Source: Zymomonas mobilis subsp. mobilis ATCC 10988
GTDB taxonomy: Bacteria > Pseudomonadota > Alphaproteobacteria > Sphingomonadales > Sphingomonadaceae
Length of the DNA: 32,000 nt
Assembly (NCBI RefSeq): GCF_000175255.2
Contig: NC_017262.1
Location: 870,001 to 902,000, forward strand
Reading direction: 5' to 3'
Shown here: piece after piece, positions 17,023 to 25,653 of the stretch
Position numbering within the stretch: position 1 is the first letter of the stretch
Layout: every line of letters starts with the position of its first letter
The notes under the pieces: model-generated
Databases searched by the model: none
What the model was told of the DNA's origin: nothing
The model's input: the letters and a program-made list of their open reading frames with translations, nothing else
Position numbers and translations under genes: made by a program

Positions 17023-18324
17023 GTGAAATATTGGGCGATACTAGGCAGCCTCCTATGCGTTTCTTTGGGGAGCAATGCGCTCGCGGCGAAACATGAACCT
17101 CGTTATATGCTGGAAAAGGTGGTTGAACTAAGCCGCCATGGTGTCCGTCCCCCGACAGAAAAAGAGGCCGAAGAAATTGCCAGCGGCACAAATCGAAATT
17201 GGCCGGAATGGGTAACGCCTCTTGGGGAATTGACCGGTCACGGCTATGCCGCATCCCTTCTCAAAGCGCGGTATGAAGGGGAATATTACCGGAAAACCGG
17301 CCTGTTAAAATCCGGCTGTGGCCTTTCGAAAGATGTCTATATCTGGAGCAGTCCAGTCGAACGCTCAAAAGCCACCGCCTTAGCCTATGTGGATGGGATG
17401 TTTCCGGCTTGTAATATCCCTATCCATTATAGCGATATGGATTCAGACTATCTTTTCCATTTTAATAAATTGGTGCCGCCTAATAGCGCCCCCGATCAAG
17501 CCAAAGCTGAAATAGAACAAATTTTGGGAAGCAATCTCGCCACAGCACGGCAAAGAATGCAGCCTGAGATAGCACGGCTTCGGGCAGCCGTCTGTATCGC
17601 CGGAAAAAGCTGCCCGATATTCGATACCCCTTGGCAAATAAAAACCAAGGATAAAGGCGGTATATCCGTTACCGGTCTCGAAAGCTTGGCCAGTATAGGG
17701 CAGGTGCTGTTACTCGAATATAGCGAAAACAAACCCCTTTCCGAGGTTGCTTTTGGAAAAGCCCCCGACGCCGCGACAATCGGCGCTTTGTTATCGCTAC
17801 AGACGCTCCGCTATGATGTCGGAAATGATCGCCTTTCGGCTGCCAGACAAGGTGGATCAGTTTTATTAAATCAAATCCGCATGGCACTGGAATTGGGAAC
17901 AGGCAGCGCGTCAAGCACGGGCAGACAAGCCATTGCAGGGCCTCCAGATGTCGCTTATTTGCTCTATGTTGCCCATGATACCAATATCGCCTTTATCAGA
18001 CGCTTATTATCTTTCACATGGCAAGTCGGCGAATATCCTCGCGGCAATATCCCACCCAGCAGTAGCCTCGTTTTTGAAAGATGGCAGGACCGCGTAACGA
18101 AAAAACGCTTTATCCGGCTTTATTTTCAAACTCAGACGCTCGACCAAACGCGATCACTCACGCCGCTCGATCAACGTCATCCTCTGCTGACAGCCGAATT
18201 TAAAAAACCGGATTGTCAAAAGACCAAGGTCGGGACGCTTTGTCCTTTCGATGGCATGATTGCTCAAATGAACCAAGCGATTGATTATTCGACTGTTGCT
18301 ATCGCTGCCCATCCGGTAAAGTAA
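17023..18324 (+). CDS. Periplasmic histidine acid phosphatase, AppA/Agp-like (phytase / glucose-1-phosphatase family)
   Basis: 433-aa ORF with a GTG start. Signal peptide (ILGSLLCVSLGSNALAA). Catalytic RHGVRPPT (RHGxRxP) and downstream HDTNIA (HD) motifs. Length matches AppA-type enzymes. Confidence 0.87.
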   Translation: MKYWAILGSLLCVSLGSNALAAKHEPRYMLEKVVELSRHGVRPPTEKEAEEIASGTNRNWPEWVTPLGELTGHGYAASLLKARYEGEYYRKTGLLKSGCGLSKDVYIWSSPVERSKATALAYVDGMFPACNIPIHYSDMDSDYLFHFNKLVPPNSAPDQAKAEIEQILGSNLATARQRMQPEIARLRAAVCIAGKSCPIFDTPWQIKTKDKGGISVTGLESLASIGQVLLLEYSENKPLSEVAFGKAPDAATIGALLSLQTLRYDVGNDRLSAARQGGSVLLNQIRMALELGTGSASSTGRQAIAGPPDVAYLLYVAHDTNIAFIRRLLSFTWQVGEYPRGNIPPSSSLVFERWQDRVTKKRFIRLYFQTQTLDQTRSLTPLDQRHPLLTAEFKKPDCQKTKVGTLCPFDGMIAQMNQAIDYSTVAIAAHPVK

Positions 18325-18350
18325 CGCCCCTTTTTGAATTTTCATTCGGG

Positions 18351-18635
18351 GTGTCAAAAAATATTATGAGAATAGAATTTACTTTTCCTTGCTTTGGCTC
18401 TTTACGGACAGTGGCCACCGATAATGCCCAATTCGGGGATGCCGTTATTTTCTTTGGCTGGTTCATCACTGAAACGGCCATGAATATCGCGGTAGAAGGC
18501 TACAAAGTTAAAATGGACGAAGTCATCCGTTTGGTTGTGATCGACGACGAAGGTAATGACATCACAACCCAAGTTGCCGATTTCTATGCCAAAGCCTCTG
18601 CCGATATTCAGGAAGAACATAGCCACGCTTCCTGA
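18351..18635 (+). CDS. Hypothetical small protein (94 aa from GTG 18351, or 89 aa from ATG 18366)
   Basis: It fills most of the 359-nt gap between the convergent phosphatase and glycerate kinase genes. Composition is gene-like with an acidic C-terminal half. No clear RBS and no recognised motif. Confidence 0.35.
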   Translation: MSKNIMRIEFTFPCFGSLRTVATDNAQFGDAVIFFGWFITETAMNIAVEGYKVKMDEVIRLVVIDDEGNDITTQVADFYAKASADIQEEHSHAS

Positions 18636-18658
18636 ATATCCTTTGCAAGTCGGATATT
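18636..18658. terminator. Weak AT-rich hairpin between convergent ORFs
   Basis: ATATCC (18636..18641) and GGATAT (18652..18657) with a 10-nt loop, immediately after the small-ORF stop. There is no strong T-tract on either strand. Confidence 0.25.
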
Positions 18659-18683
18659 TAAACTTCTGTTCAAAGGCCTGTTT

Positions 18684-19832
18684 TCATCCCACGGCTTTAT
18701 CGGCTTTTATCAAACGAACGATATTTTCGGTGGTGCGCTCGACATTGGCCGCCGCCGATAACAAGGCCTGATCCAACGGTATCGCAGCCGGTAAAATCCC
18801 GAAAATCGCATCGATACCTTTTTGATACAAACTATCTATCTGCTCTCCGATATAGCCGCCCAAAGCAATAACCACTGTTTCAGGATTGGCTTTCTTAGCG
18901 GCTTTGGCTACCCCCATCGGCGTTTTTCCATATTGGGTCTGAAAATCGATACCGCCCTCGCCTGTTAGGACATAATCGGCATCTTTGCTTTTCTCCATCA
19001 ACCCCGTGATACGGATAACCAGTTCAATACCTTTTTCTATTGTCGCATCGGTAAAAGCCAACAACCCACCACTTAATCCACCGGCAGCCCCCGCCCCCGC
19101 TTTTTCGGCAATCTCTTTACCCAAACTAGCCTTTATCAAATCGGCATAATGCCGCAAATTATCATCCAGCTGTCGAACCATGTCAGGATTGGCTCCTTTT
19201 TGGGGCGCGAAAACAGCACTGGCACCAATTTCCCCCACCAAAGGATTGGTTACATCGGAAGCAATAATAATTTCGGTGTCTGCTATGCGGGGATCAAGGC
19301 CAGAAATGTCGATCTCGGCCAAGGTGGATAAGCCACCGCCGCCTCGCGTAATCGGCCATCCTTTTTTATCAAGAAAGCGGACGCCCAAGGCTTCAGCCAT
19401 ACCGGCACCGCCATCATTGGTCGCACTGCCCCCCATGCCCATAATGATTTTTCTGATGCCACGGTCCAAAGCGGATTTCAGCAACTGGCCGGTGCCATAA
19501 GTAGTCGTGATTAGCGGGTTTTTGCTCTTCTCATCCACAAATTGAAGACCGCTCGCCGCAGCCATTTCGATGATAGCTGTCTTGCCATCGCCCAAAATAC
19601 CATAATCAGCCATCACCGGCTGCATCAGGGGATTCATCACCCTTTCGCTTATTCGCTGGCCTTGGGTAGCATCAATCAAAGATTGTACCGTGCCTTCGCC
19701 CCCATCCGCCATAGGGAGAATGACCGTTTCGGCCTCGGGCAGAATCTTCTGGATAGCCCTTTCCATAGCAAGAGCTGCCTCTTTCGCGGTCAAGCTACCC
19801 TTAAAAGAATCCGGTGCCAGCAAGAATTTCAT
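18684..19832 (-). CDS. glxK: Glycerate kinase
   Basis: MKFLLAPDSFKGSLTA N-terminus plus ADGGEGT and TGEGGIDFQTQYGK motifs typical of GlxK/GarK. ATG 19832 was chosen; the ORF-track GTG 19856 adds 8 residues and has no RBS. Confidence 0.92.
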   Translation of the reverse strand: MKFLLAPDSFKGSLTAKEAALAMERAIQKILPEAETVILPMADGGEGTVQSLIDATQGQRISERVMNPLMQPVMADYGILGDGKTAIIEMAAASGLQFVDEKSKNPLITTTYGTGQLLKSALDRGIRKIIMGMGGSATNDGGAGMAEALGVRFLDKKGWPITRGGGGLSTLAEIDISGLDPRIADTEIIIASDVTNPLVGEIGASAVFAPQKGANPDMVRQLDDNLRHYADLIKASLGKEIAEKAGAGAAGGLSGGLLAFTDATIEKGIELVIRITGLMEKSKDADYVLTGEGGIDFQTQYGKTPMGVAKAAKKANPETVVIALGGYIGEQIDSLYQKGIDAIFGILPAAIPLDQALLSAAANVERTTENIVRLIKADKAVG

Positions 19833-20008
19833 CTTCACGCTTTCTGTTTTTGTCACAATTTACCAGATTTAAAACCGGAGGCCTTGCCCAAAATCCTACC
19901 CATCCTAAATTATTCACGGTAATTTTTATCCGATCATGGATAGGATTGGCCTCAATATCATTATAAAAAATAGGATAAGCCAAGGCCTGATCGTCAAAGG
20001 ACAAACAA

Positions 20009-20569
20009 ATGATCGACTATAAAAATGCCGATAAAGCGACATTAAAGGCAGAATATAAACGCCTTTCTCGGGAAACCCACAATCTACCTTTCTTTACCAG
20101 AAAAGAATTCTACGCCCTTCCCGAAATACTGGGTGATGAAGAAATCCCTGTCGCCATTACTTCAGGCATGATGAATGATCATACATGGCTGATCGTGTTG
20201 ACCAATCGCCGTATTTTATTCCTTGATAAAGGGATGCTGTTCGGGGGCAAACAGGTCATTATCAGCTTGGCCGATATTACGGCTATCCAAGGCTCTACCG
20301 GTCTGATTTATGGTGAAATCACGATCAGTACCGCCGGACAAAAGCACGAAATCAGCCATATTTATAAAAAGGCTGTTAATAGCTTTATCCAAATGACGGA
20401 TAAAGAACGGGATCAATATCGCTCCGATCCGATCCAGAAAATCAAACCCTTCCATCAGAATACCTCGGATAAAGTTACCCAATTGGAAAAACTAGCCGCC
20501 CTTAAAAATCAGGGCATCCTGACAGAAGAAGAATTTGAAAAAGAAAAAAGGCGTATTTTGGCCTTATAA
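20009..20569 (+). CDS. Bacterial PH-domain (YokE-like bPH) protein with C-terminal SHOCT domain
   Basis: 186-aa ORF with RBS AAAGGA. The bPH pattern is LIVLTNRRILFLDKGMLFGGKQVIISLADITAIQGSTGLIYGEITISTAGQKHEI. The C-terminal SHOCT is LEKLAALKNQGILTEEEFEKEKRRIL. Confidence 0.85.
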   Translation: MIDYKNADKATLKAEYKRLSRETHNLPFFTRKEFYALPEILGDEEIPVAITSGMMNDHTWLIVLTNRRILFLDKGMLFGGKQVIISLADITAIQGSTGLIYGEITISTAGQKHEISHIYKKAVNSFIQMTDKERDQYRSDPIQKIKPFHQNTSDKVTQLEKLAALKNQGILTEEEFEKEKRRILAL

Positions 20570-20654
20570 AAGACGAAAATATTTCTTACATTGCCCCCAT
20601 CTCAAAGACAGTCCGCCTTTCAAAATAGATATCACAAAATCGGGAAACAGAATT

Positions 20655-22478
20655 ATGTGCGGTATTATCGGTATTATCGGACGCGAAGACCTTTCAGAAC
20701 GCCTTTTCCAAGGATTAAGACGGCTGGAATATCGCGGTTATGATTCTGCCGGTATGTGTACGATCCATGATGGCAAACTCGATCGCCGCCGTGCCGAGGG
20801 AAAACTCGACAATCTCGGTCGGGTGCTGGCTAATGATCCACTTCCTGGTAAAATCGGCATTGCTCATACGCGTTGGGCAACTCATGGCGCACCAACGGTT
20901 GCCAATGCCCATCCCCATATTGCGGGTGATGTCGCGGTGGTTCACAATGGCATCATTGAAAATTTCAAAACACTGCGTGACGAATTACTGGAACGCGGCC
21001 ATCATTTTGAAAGCGAAACTGATACCGAGGTTGTCGCCCATCTTCTTGATGAACAGATGCAGGCCGGCAAAGACCCGCGTCATGCTGTTTCCAAGGTTCT
21101 AAAAAAATTGCGGGGTGCTTTTGCACTCGCCATCCTTTTTAAAAATTATCCCGATCTCTTGATTGGTGCCAGACTGGGTTCACCCTTGGTCGTTGGCTAT
21201 GGCGATGGCGAAAATTATCTTGGATCGGATGCCTTGGCTTTGGCACCGCTGACCCAGAAAATCAGCTATCTCGAAGAAGGCGATTGGGTCGTTCTTACGC
21301 GTGAAGGTATCGAAGTCCACGATATCGAAGACAGAATTGTCGAAAGACCGGTGGTGCTATCCGGTGCCAGTGGCCTGATGGTTGAAAAAGGCAATTACCG
21401 CCATTTCATGCAGAAAGAAATCTTTGAACAGCCAGTAGTCGTTGCTCAAACTTTACAAAGCTATCTTCGTCCGGTTGAAGGACAGGTCGCGTTGCCAGAC
21501 CCCGATTTTGATCTCTCCCAAATCAAAAGAGTGACGATCGTAGCCTGCGGCACCAGCTATTATGCCGGTATGGTTGCCCGCTATTGGATCGAGCGTTTTG
21601 CGCGTGTGCCAGTCGAAATCGAGGCCGCATCAGAATATCGCTATCGTGAACCCGTGATGGAAGAAGGCGGTCTATCACTCTTTATCAGCCAATCGGGCGA
21701 AACCGCCGATACCTTGGCTGCACTTCGCCATGCTAGGGCAGGGGGACAGAAAATTGCCGTCGTTGTCAATGTCCCAACCAGCAGCATGGCACGCGAAGCT
21801 GATTTACTTCTCCCGACCCATGCTGGCCCTGAAATCGGGGTGGCCTCGACCAAGGCCTTTACGTGCCAACTCGCTGTCTTGGCCGCATTTGCTACTCATA
21901 TCGCAAGGGTCAAAGGACAGCTCACACAACAAGAAGAACAGGACATCGTCCGCCATCTCGCAGAAGCCCCTGCGGCACTCAATGCAGCTCTGGCTTTCAA
22001 TGACACAATCGAAAATGTTGCAACAGCCATCGCCCCCGCGCGGGATGTCCTTTATATTGGACGGGGGCCCGATTATCCCTTGGCGATGGAAGGCGCGCTC
22101 AAATTAAAAGAGATCAGCTATATCCATGCCGAAGGTTACGCGGCGGGTGAAATGAAGCACGGGCCTATCGCGCTTATTGATGACAAGGTGCCGATTATCG
22201 TTCTGGCTCCATCAGGGCCTCTTTTTGAAAAAACCGTTTCTAATATGCAGGAAATGCAAGCAAGAGGCGGCAAGGTTATTCTGATTTCTGATGAGAAAGG
22301 TATTCAGGAAGCCGGAGATAACTGCCTTGCAACTTTGACGATGCCCAAGGTGCATCCTCTCATTGCCCCGATCGTCTATGCTATTCCGGTGCAATTACTG
22401 GCCTATCATGTCGCCGTTATCAAAGGCACCGATGTCGATCAGCCCCGAAATTTGGCCAAAAGTGTTACGGTCGAATAG
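20655..22478 (+). CDS. glmS: Glutamine--fructose-6-phosphate aminotransferase GlmS
   Basis: Starts MCGIIGIIG (Cys nucleophile after Met). Contains RLEYRGYDSAG, two SIS domains (QSGETADT) and the canonical C-terminus PRNLAKSVTVE. The ORF-track start 20535 is an upstream read-through extension. Confidence 0.97.
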   Translation: MCGIIGIIGREDLSERLFQGLRRLEYRGYDSAGMCTIHDGKLDRRRAEGKLDNLGRVLANDPLPGKIGIAHTRWATHGAPTVANAHPHIAGDVAVVHNGIIENFKTLRDELLERGHHFESETDTEVVAHLLDEQMQAGKDPRHAVSKVLKKLRGAFALAILFKNYPDLLIGARLGSPLVVGYGDGENYLGSDALALAPLTQKISYLEEGDWVVLTREGIEVHDIEDRIVERPVVLSGASGLMVEKGNYRHFMQKEIFEQPVVVAQTLQSYLRPVEGQVALPDPDFDLSQIKRVTIVACGTSYYAGMVARYWIERFARVPVEIEAASEYRYREPVMEEGGLSLFISQSGETADTLAALRHARAGGQKIAVVVNVPTSSMAREADLLLPTHAGPEIGVASTKAFTCQLAVLAAFATHIARVKGQLTQQEEQDIVRHLAEAPAALNAALAFNDTIENVATAIAPARDVLYIGRGPDYPLAMEGALKLKEISYIHAEGYAAGEMKHGPIALIDDKVPIIVLAPSGPLFEKTVSNMQEMQARGGKVILISDEKGIQEAGDNCLATLTMPKVHPLIAPIVYAIPVQLLAYHVAVIKGTDVDQPRNLAKSVTVE

Positions 22479-22548
22479 TAAATTTATACCGACTGATAGT
22501 AAAACTATATTTTTCTTAACAGCGGCTTTCCCTAATTTGGTTGTGACG

Positions 22549-22580
22549 GAAACACTCCTTTTCAAAGGGGTGTTTCTTTG
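22549..22580 (+). terminator. Rho-independent terminator after glmS
   Basis: GAAACACTCC (22549..22558) pairs with GGGGTGTTTC (22567..22576): 10 bp including one G-U, with loop TTTTCAAA. Followed by TTTG, so the U-tail is short. Confidence 0.55.
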
Positions 22581-22661
22581 CAATCGGGGGCAAAGGCAAA
22601 TCTAGGCGAGAATTCTCCCGCTTCTGTCTTCCCGATTGTCCGATAACGATACAAAACGGGA

Positions 22662-23453
22662 ATGCCTATGTCCGCCCTTCATGCTTTACAGCCGCTCTAT
22701 TCACTTTCTGGCTTGGTGATCGGTTTTCTGGTGGGCATGACGGGTGTCGGCGGCGGTTCCTTGATGACACCGCTCCTTATCTTGCTCTTCGGTGTTCACC
22801 CCCAAACGGCTGTCGGAACGGATCTTCTCTATGCCTCGGCCACCAAATTTGTCGGAACGGGGATTCACGGTTTCAAAGGTTCGGTCGATTGGAAGGTCGT
22901 AACCCGCTTATGCGCAGGTAGTATTCCGGCCTCTATCCTCAGCTTGGTTTTCCTGCATTATCTCGGAATGCCGTCGTCAACGACTTCTCGCATTATCTCT
23001 GTCACCTTGGGCATTGCCCTATTACTGACCGCTCCCAGCGTTCTTTTCCGTGAAAAGATCAGAGCATGGGCAAGCCGCCGCAGCAAACCTTTGGGTGAAA
23101 AAAGCACCGCTTTTCTGACGGTTTTTCTTGGTTTTCTGCTCGGTGTCTTGGTGTCGCTGTCCTCGGTCGGTGCGGGCGCGATCGGTGTCACGGTGCTGAT
23201 TATGCTCTATCCGACTTTACCAACCGCTAAAATTGTTGGTTCCGATATTGCCCATGCTGTGCCGTTAACCCTTATCGCCGGATCAGGTCACTGGCTGATG
23301 GGTGCCATCAATATTCCGATGCTGATTTCTTTATTGGTCGGCTCGATACCGGGTATCATCTTGGGCAGCCTGTTTATCGGTAAAGTCAACGAAACCGTGC
23401 AACGCTCGGTCTTGGCGACCATTCTTCTGGTTGTCGGCTTGCGCCTCGTCTGA
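22662..23453 (+). CDS. TauE/SafE (TSUP) family anion/sulfite exporter-type membrane protein
   Basis: 263-aa polytopic hydrophobic ORF with the duplicated TSUP pattern (GMTGVGGGSLMTPLLIL in the first half, LSSVGAGAIGVTVLIML in the second). ATG 22668 is an alternative start. Confidence 0.86.
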   Translation: MPMSALHALQPLYSLSGLVIGFLVGMTGVGGGSLMTPLLILLFGVHPQTAVGTDLLYASATKFVGTGIHGFKGSVDWKVVTRLCAGSIPASILSLVFLHYLGMPSSTTSRIISVTLGIALLLTAPSVLFREKIRAWASRRSKPLGEKSTAFLTVFLGFLLGVLVSLSSVGAGAIGVTVLIMLYPTLPTAKIVGSDIAHAVPLTLIAGSGHWLMGAINIPMLISLLVGSIPGIILGSLFIGKVNETVQRSVLATILLVVGLRLV

Positions 23454-23478
23454 TTGAAATCTGATTTATTCTAAATCC

Positions 23479-23512
23479 AAAAACCGGATAGCCCAAGCTG
23501 TCCGGTTTTTCT
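23479..23512. terminator. Bidirectional rho-independent terminator
   Basis: AACCGGATAGC / GCTGTCCGGTT stem (about 10-11 bp, one G-U) with a CCAA tetraloop. An A5 tract lies upstream and a T5 tract downstream, so it works for the TauE gene (+) and the MarR-like remnant / Sel1 gene 2 (-). Confidence 0.78.
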
Positions 23513-23589
23513 GTATCAAGCCCCCGCTTTAAATTCTTTCTCCTGCCCTTTCTCCAGCATCCCCCAAATAATCCCAAGCCAAGCACTTT

Positions 23590-23745
23590 TTATGAAGGCG
23601 CAACCACTTTCTCATCGGACAGATTCAACAATATTTTTTTGAGAAGCCCTGCCAAGATTTGACGTTGTTCCGGCTCCAGCCCGTCCAAGACCCCATTTTG
23701 AACCTCGGTATGTGTTTTTACGGCTTGTTCAATCAAAGCCTCAAT
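23590..23745 (-). pseudogene. 5'-truncated remnant of a MarR-family regulator gene (C-terminal about 51 codons only)
   Basis: The minus frame reads IEALIEQAVKTHTEVQNGVLDGLEPEQRQILAGLLKKILLNLSDEKVVAPS then stop. This resembles the MarR C-terminal helix pattern (L.GL..E....L..LL.K.L.NL). There is no in-frame ATG, and two in-frame TAG codons lie directly upstream (23746..23751). It begins 12 nt after the Sel1 gene 2 stop. The family call is by eye only. Confidence 0.4.
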
Positions 23746-23757
23746 CTACTATTGCTT

Positions 23758-25191
23758 TTAATTAGAAACCGCGTCTTCTTTGGCCTTCGGTGAAGCCGCA
23801 TCTTTCTTGGCGTCTTCAGCGGCCTGATAGAGCATCGCCATGCCTTGGGCATGATCGTCCAGCCTGTCGTCTATCTCGGCAAAGGCTTTATCAAAGGCCT
23901 TACGATGCCAATAAACGGCCTGTTCTTTGTTTTTCTCAACCCCGATCCCTTTTTCATAAAGGGTTGATAATTTAATCTCGGCGGGTTTGTAATGATGGCG
24001 TGCCGATCTTTCATACCATGAAAAGGCTTGCTTAAAATCCTGCGGGACAACCTGCCCCTTGGAATACATATCGCCCAATTTCATTTCAGCATCATAGGCT
24101 TGGGTATGATAAAAATCAGCCGTTGCCTTCCGATACCAAACCAGAGCCTGTTTGAAATCCTGCGGCACTGCCAAGCCACTATAATAGATATTCCCGATAG
24201 CATTTTCGGCGCGACTGTCATTTTGGGCAGCCGCTTTCTGATACCATGCCAAGGCTTTCGGATAATTCCGGTCTATTTTCTGGCCTTCAAAATAAAGGTC
24301 ACCCATCACAGTTGCTGGATTATCAAAATGATGTTTTGCCCATGCCTTTTGGTAATATTCGGCCGCTTTATCGTCATCTTTCTGGGTGCCTTCACCCTGA
24401 TGATACATCTCAGCCAATTGCTCTTCAGCCTCTTCAGAACCCTGATTGGCCGCTTTTTCACACCAATAAAAAGCCTTTTTGCTGTCTTTTTCAGTGGCAT
24501 CACCATGATAATAGGCCATAGCCAGATCAATCTGCCCTTGAATATTGCCTCCTTCGGCAGCTCGATTATACCAGAAAGCGGCTTTTTGGGGGTCTTTTCC
24601 TGTGCCCTGACCGTCACGATAAAAGCGCCCTAATGCGCTCTCCGCAGGATGGAACCCCTGATTGGCTGACTTCTCCATCCAGTAAAAAGCAGTGTCTGGA
24701 TCGACCCTTTCATTGCCATTTTGGGGGTTATAAAAACGAGCCATATTATATTCTGCGAAAGGATCACCCAGACGAGCGGCTTTTTCTGTCCAGTAAAAAG
24801 CCTTTTCAAGATCTTCAGGGATACCCTTTCTTCCGAAATGATAGATATTTCCTAGCAAGGCTTCGGCCGCAGGATAGCCTTGTTCCGCCGATTTCTCTAT
24901 CCAGTAACGCGCCTGCAAAAAATCCTGCGCTGTTCCCAAGCCTTCATGATATAAAGCCCCCAAATTATATTCTGCCTTTGGATTGCCACCAGAAACAGCT
25001 TGCTGCATTTTCATAAAACCGCGGGCTTGATCGTCCTTATTCTGACTTTTCAAATTATGTATTGCCTGCGTAAAGGCTTGAGGAGCTGTCATAACCGCAG
25101 GCGGGTTTGCCTCTGCCCAAAGCGGGGTTATCACCAGCGGCGCAGACAAAATCATCGAGAGCTTCATCATCCAAGAACCAGCGGCTTTCAT
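23758..25191 (-). CDS. Secreted Sel1-like repeat protein, about 11 diverged repeats
   Basis: 477-aa ORF. ATG 25191 is preceded by GGGGGG. Signal peptide (MMKLSMILSAPLVITPLWAEA). Repeats follow the pattern A.YW.EKAA.QG...AE..LG..Y..G.G...D..KA. Confidence 0.9.
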   Translation of the reverse strand: MKAAGSWMMKLSMILSAPLVITPLWAEANPPAVMTAPQAFTQAIHNLKSQNKDDQARGFMKMQQAVSGGNPKAEYNLGALYHEGLGTAQDFLQARYWIEKSAEQGYPAAEALLGNIYHFGRKGIPEDLEKAFYWTEKAARLGDPFAEYNMARFYNPQNGNERVDPDTAFYWMEKSANQGFHPAESALGRFYRDGQGTGKDPQKAAFWYNRAAEGGNIQGQIDLAMAYYHGDATEKDSKKAFYWCEKAANQGSEEAEEQLAEMYHQGEGTQKDDDKAAEYYQKAWAKHHFDNPATVMGDLYFEGQKIDRNYPKALAWYQKAAAQNDSRAENAIGNIYYSGLAVPQDFKQALVWYRKATADFYHTQAYDAEMKLGDMYSKGQVVPQDFKQAFSWYERSARHHYKPAEIKLSTLYEKGIGVEKNKEQAVYWHRKAFDKAFAEIDDRLDDHAQGMAMLYQAAEDAKKDAASPKAKEDAVSN

Positions 25192-25653
25192 ACATCCCCC
25201 CGATAGAAATATTTTAATATAATTGAACAGCAGTATAATTCATCTAAAAACAGCCTAAATATTGTTATCATTATTACAAATAACACTATCTCAGACTATC
25301 CATTTATTTTATTTCATCTATCCCCAATCTATAGAAATGAAGAAATAGCTATCCTTAAAACCTCATTACATTCAAATTTTTTAAAAAAAAGAAATATTAC
25401 AACAGAAAAAGCGCAATTTTAATAGATTATTTTTAGATTTATTTATAATTTAATGCTTTAAAATAAATATTAAAAGCAATTTTAAATCTAAATAAAATAA
25501 AAATGCTCTACATCGATAAAAACACTAAAATGAGGATTAAGAATAAGATCATATCTTTTTTGCCTCAAAAAACAAAAGACGCAAAAAAAGATCGGTTTTT
25601 CCCGAAAAAAAGCTATTCTGACCTTTGTCAAAAATTGCTTTCAGGAAAATTTT
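25192..25653. other. Extreme AT-rich island upstream of Sel1 gene 2 and maf
   Basis: Counted 15 G/C in the 120 nt at 25381..25500. Contains T6A8 and other homopolymer runs and no credible ORF. Confidence 0.8.

Noticed and set aside
16883-17254. 123-aa minus-strand ORF across the AKR-phosphatase junction
   Set aside because: It overlaps the signal-peptide and RHG-motif region of the well-supported phosphatase gene and has no motif or RBS.
20535-20654. 40-codon N-terminal extension of the glmS ORF, which overlaps the end of the SHOCT gene
   Set aside because: GlmS needs Cys as the first residue after Met removal (MCGIIG at 20655). The extension is a basic junk sequence, so it is an upstream open reading-through artefact.
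20570-20654. Looked for a glmS ribozyme or other leader structure upstream of glmS
   Set aside because: No stable stems or conserved ribozyme core were visible in the 85-nt spacer. The ribozyme is also not expected in alphaproteobacteria.
25433-25493. 9-bp inverted repeat TTTAGATTT / AAATCTAAA inside the AT island upstream of Sel1 gene 2, considered as a possible inverton or operator
   Set aside because: It is low-complexity A/T sequence where such matches are frequent, and no recombinase gene lies nearby.
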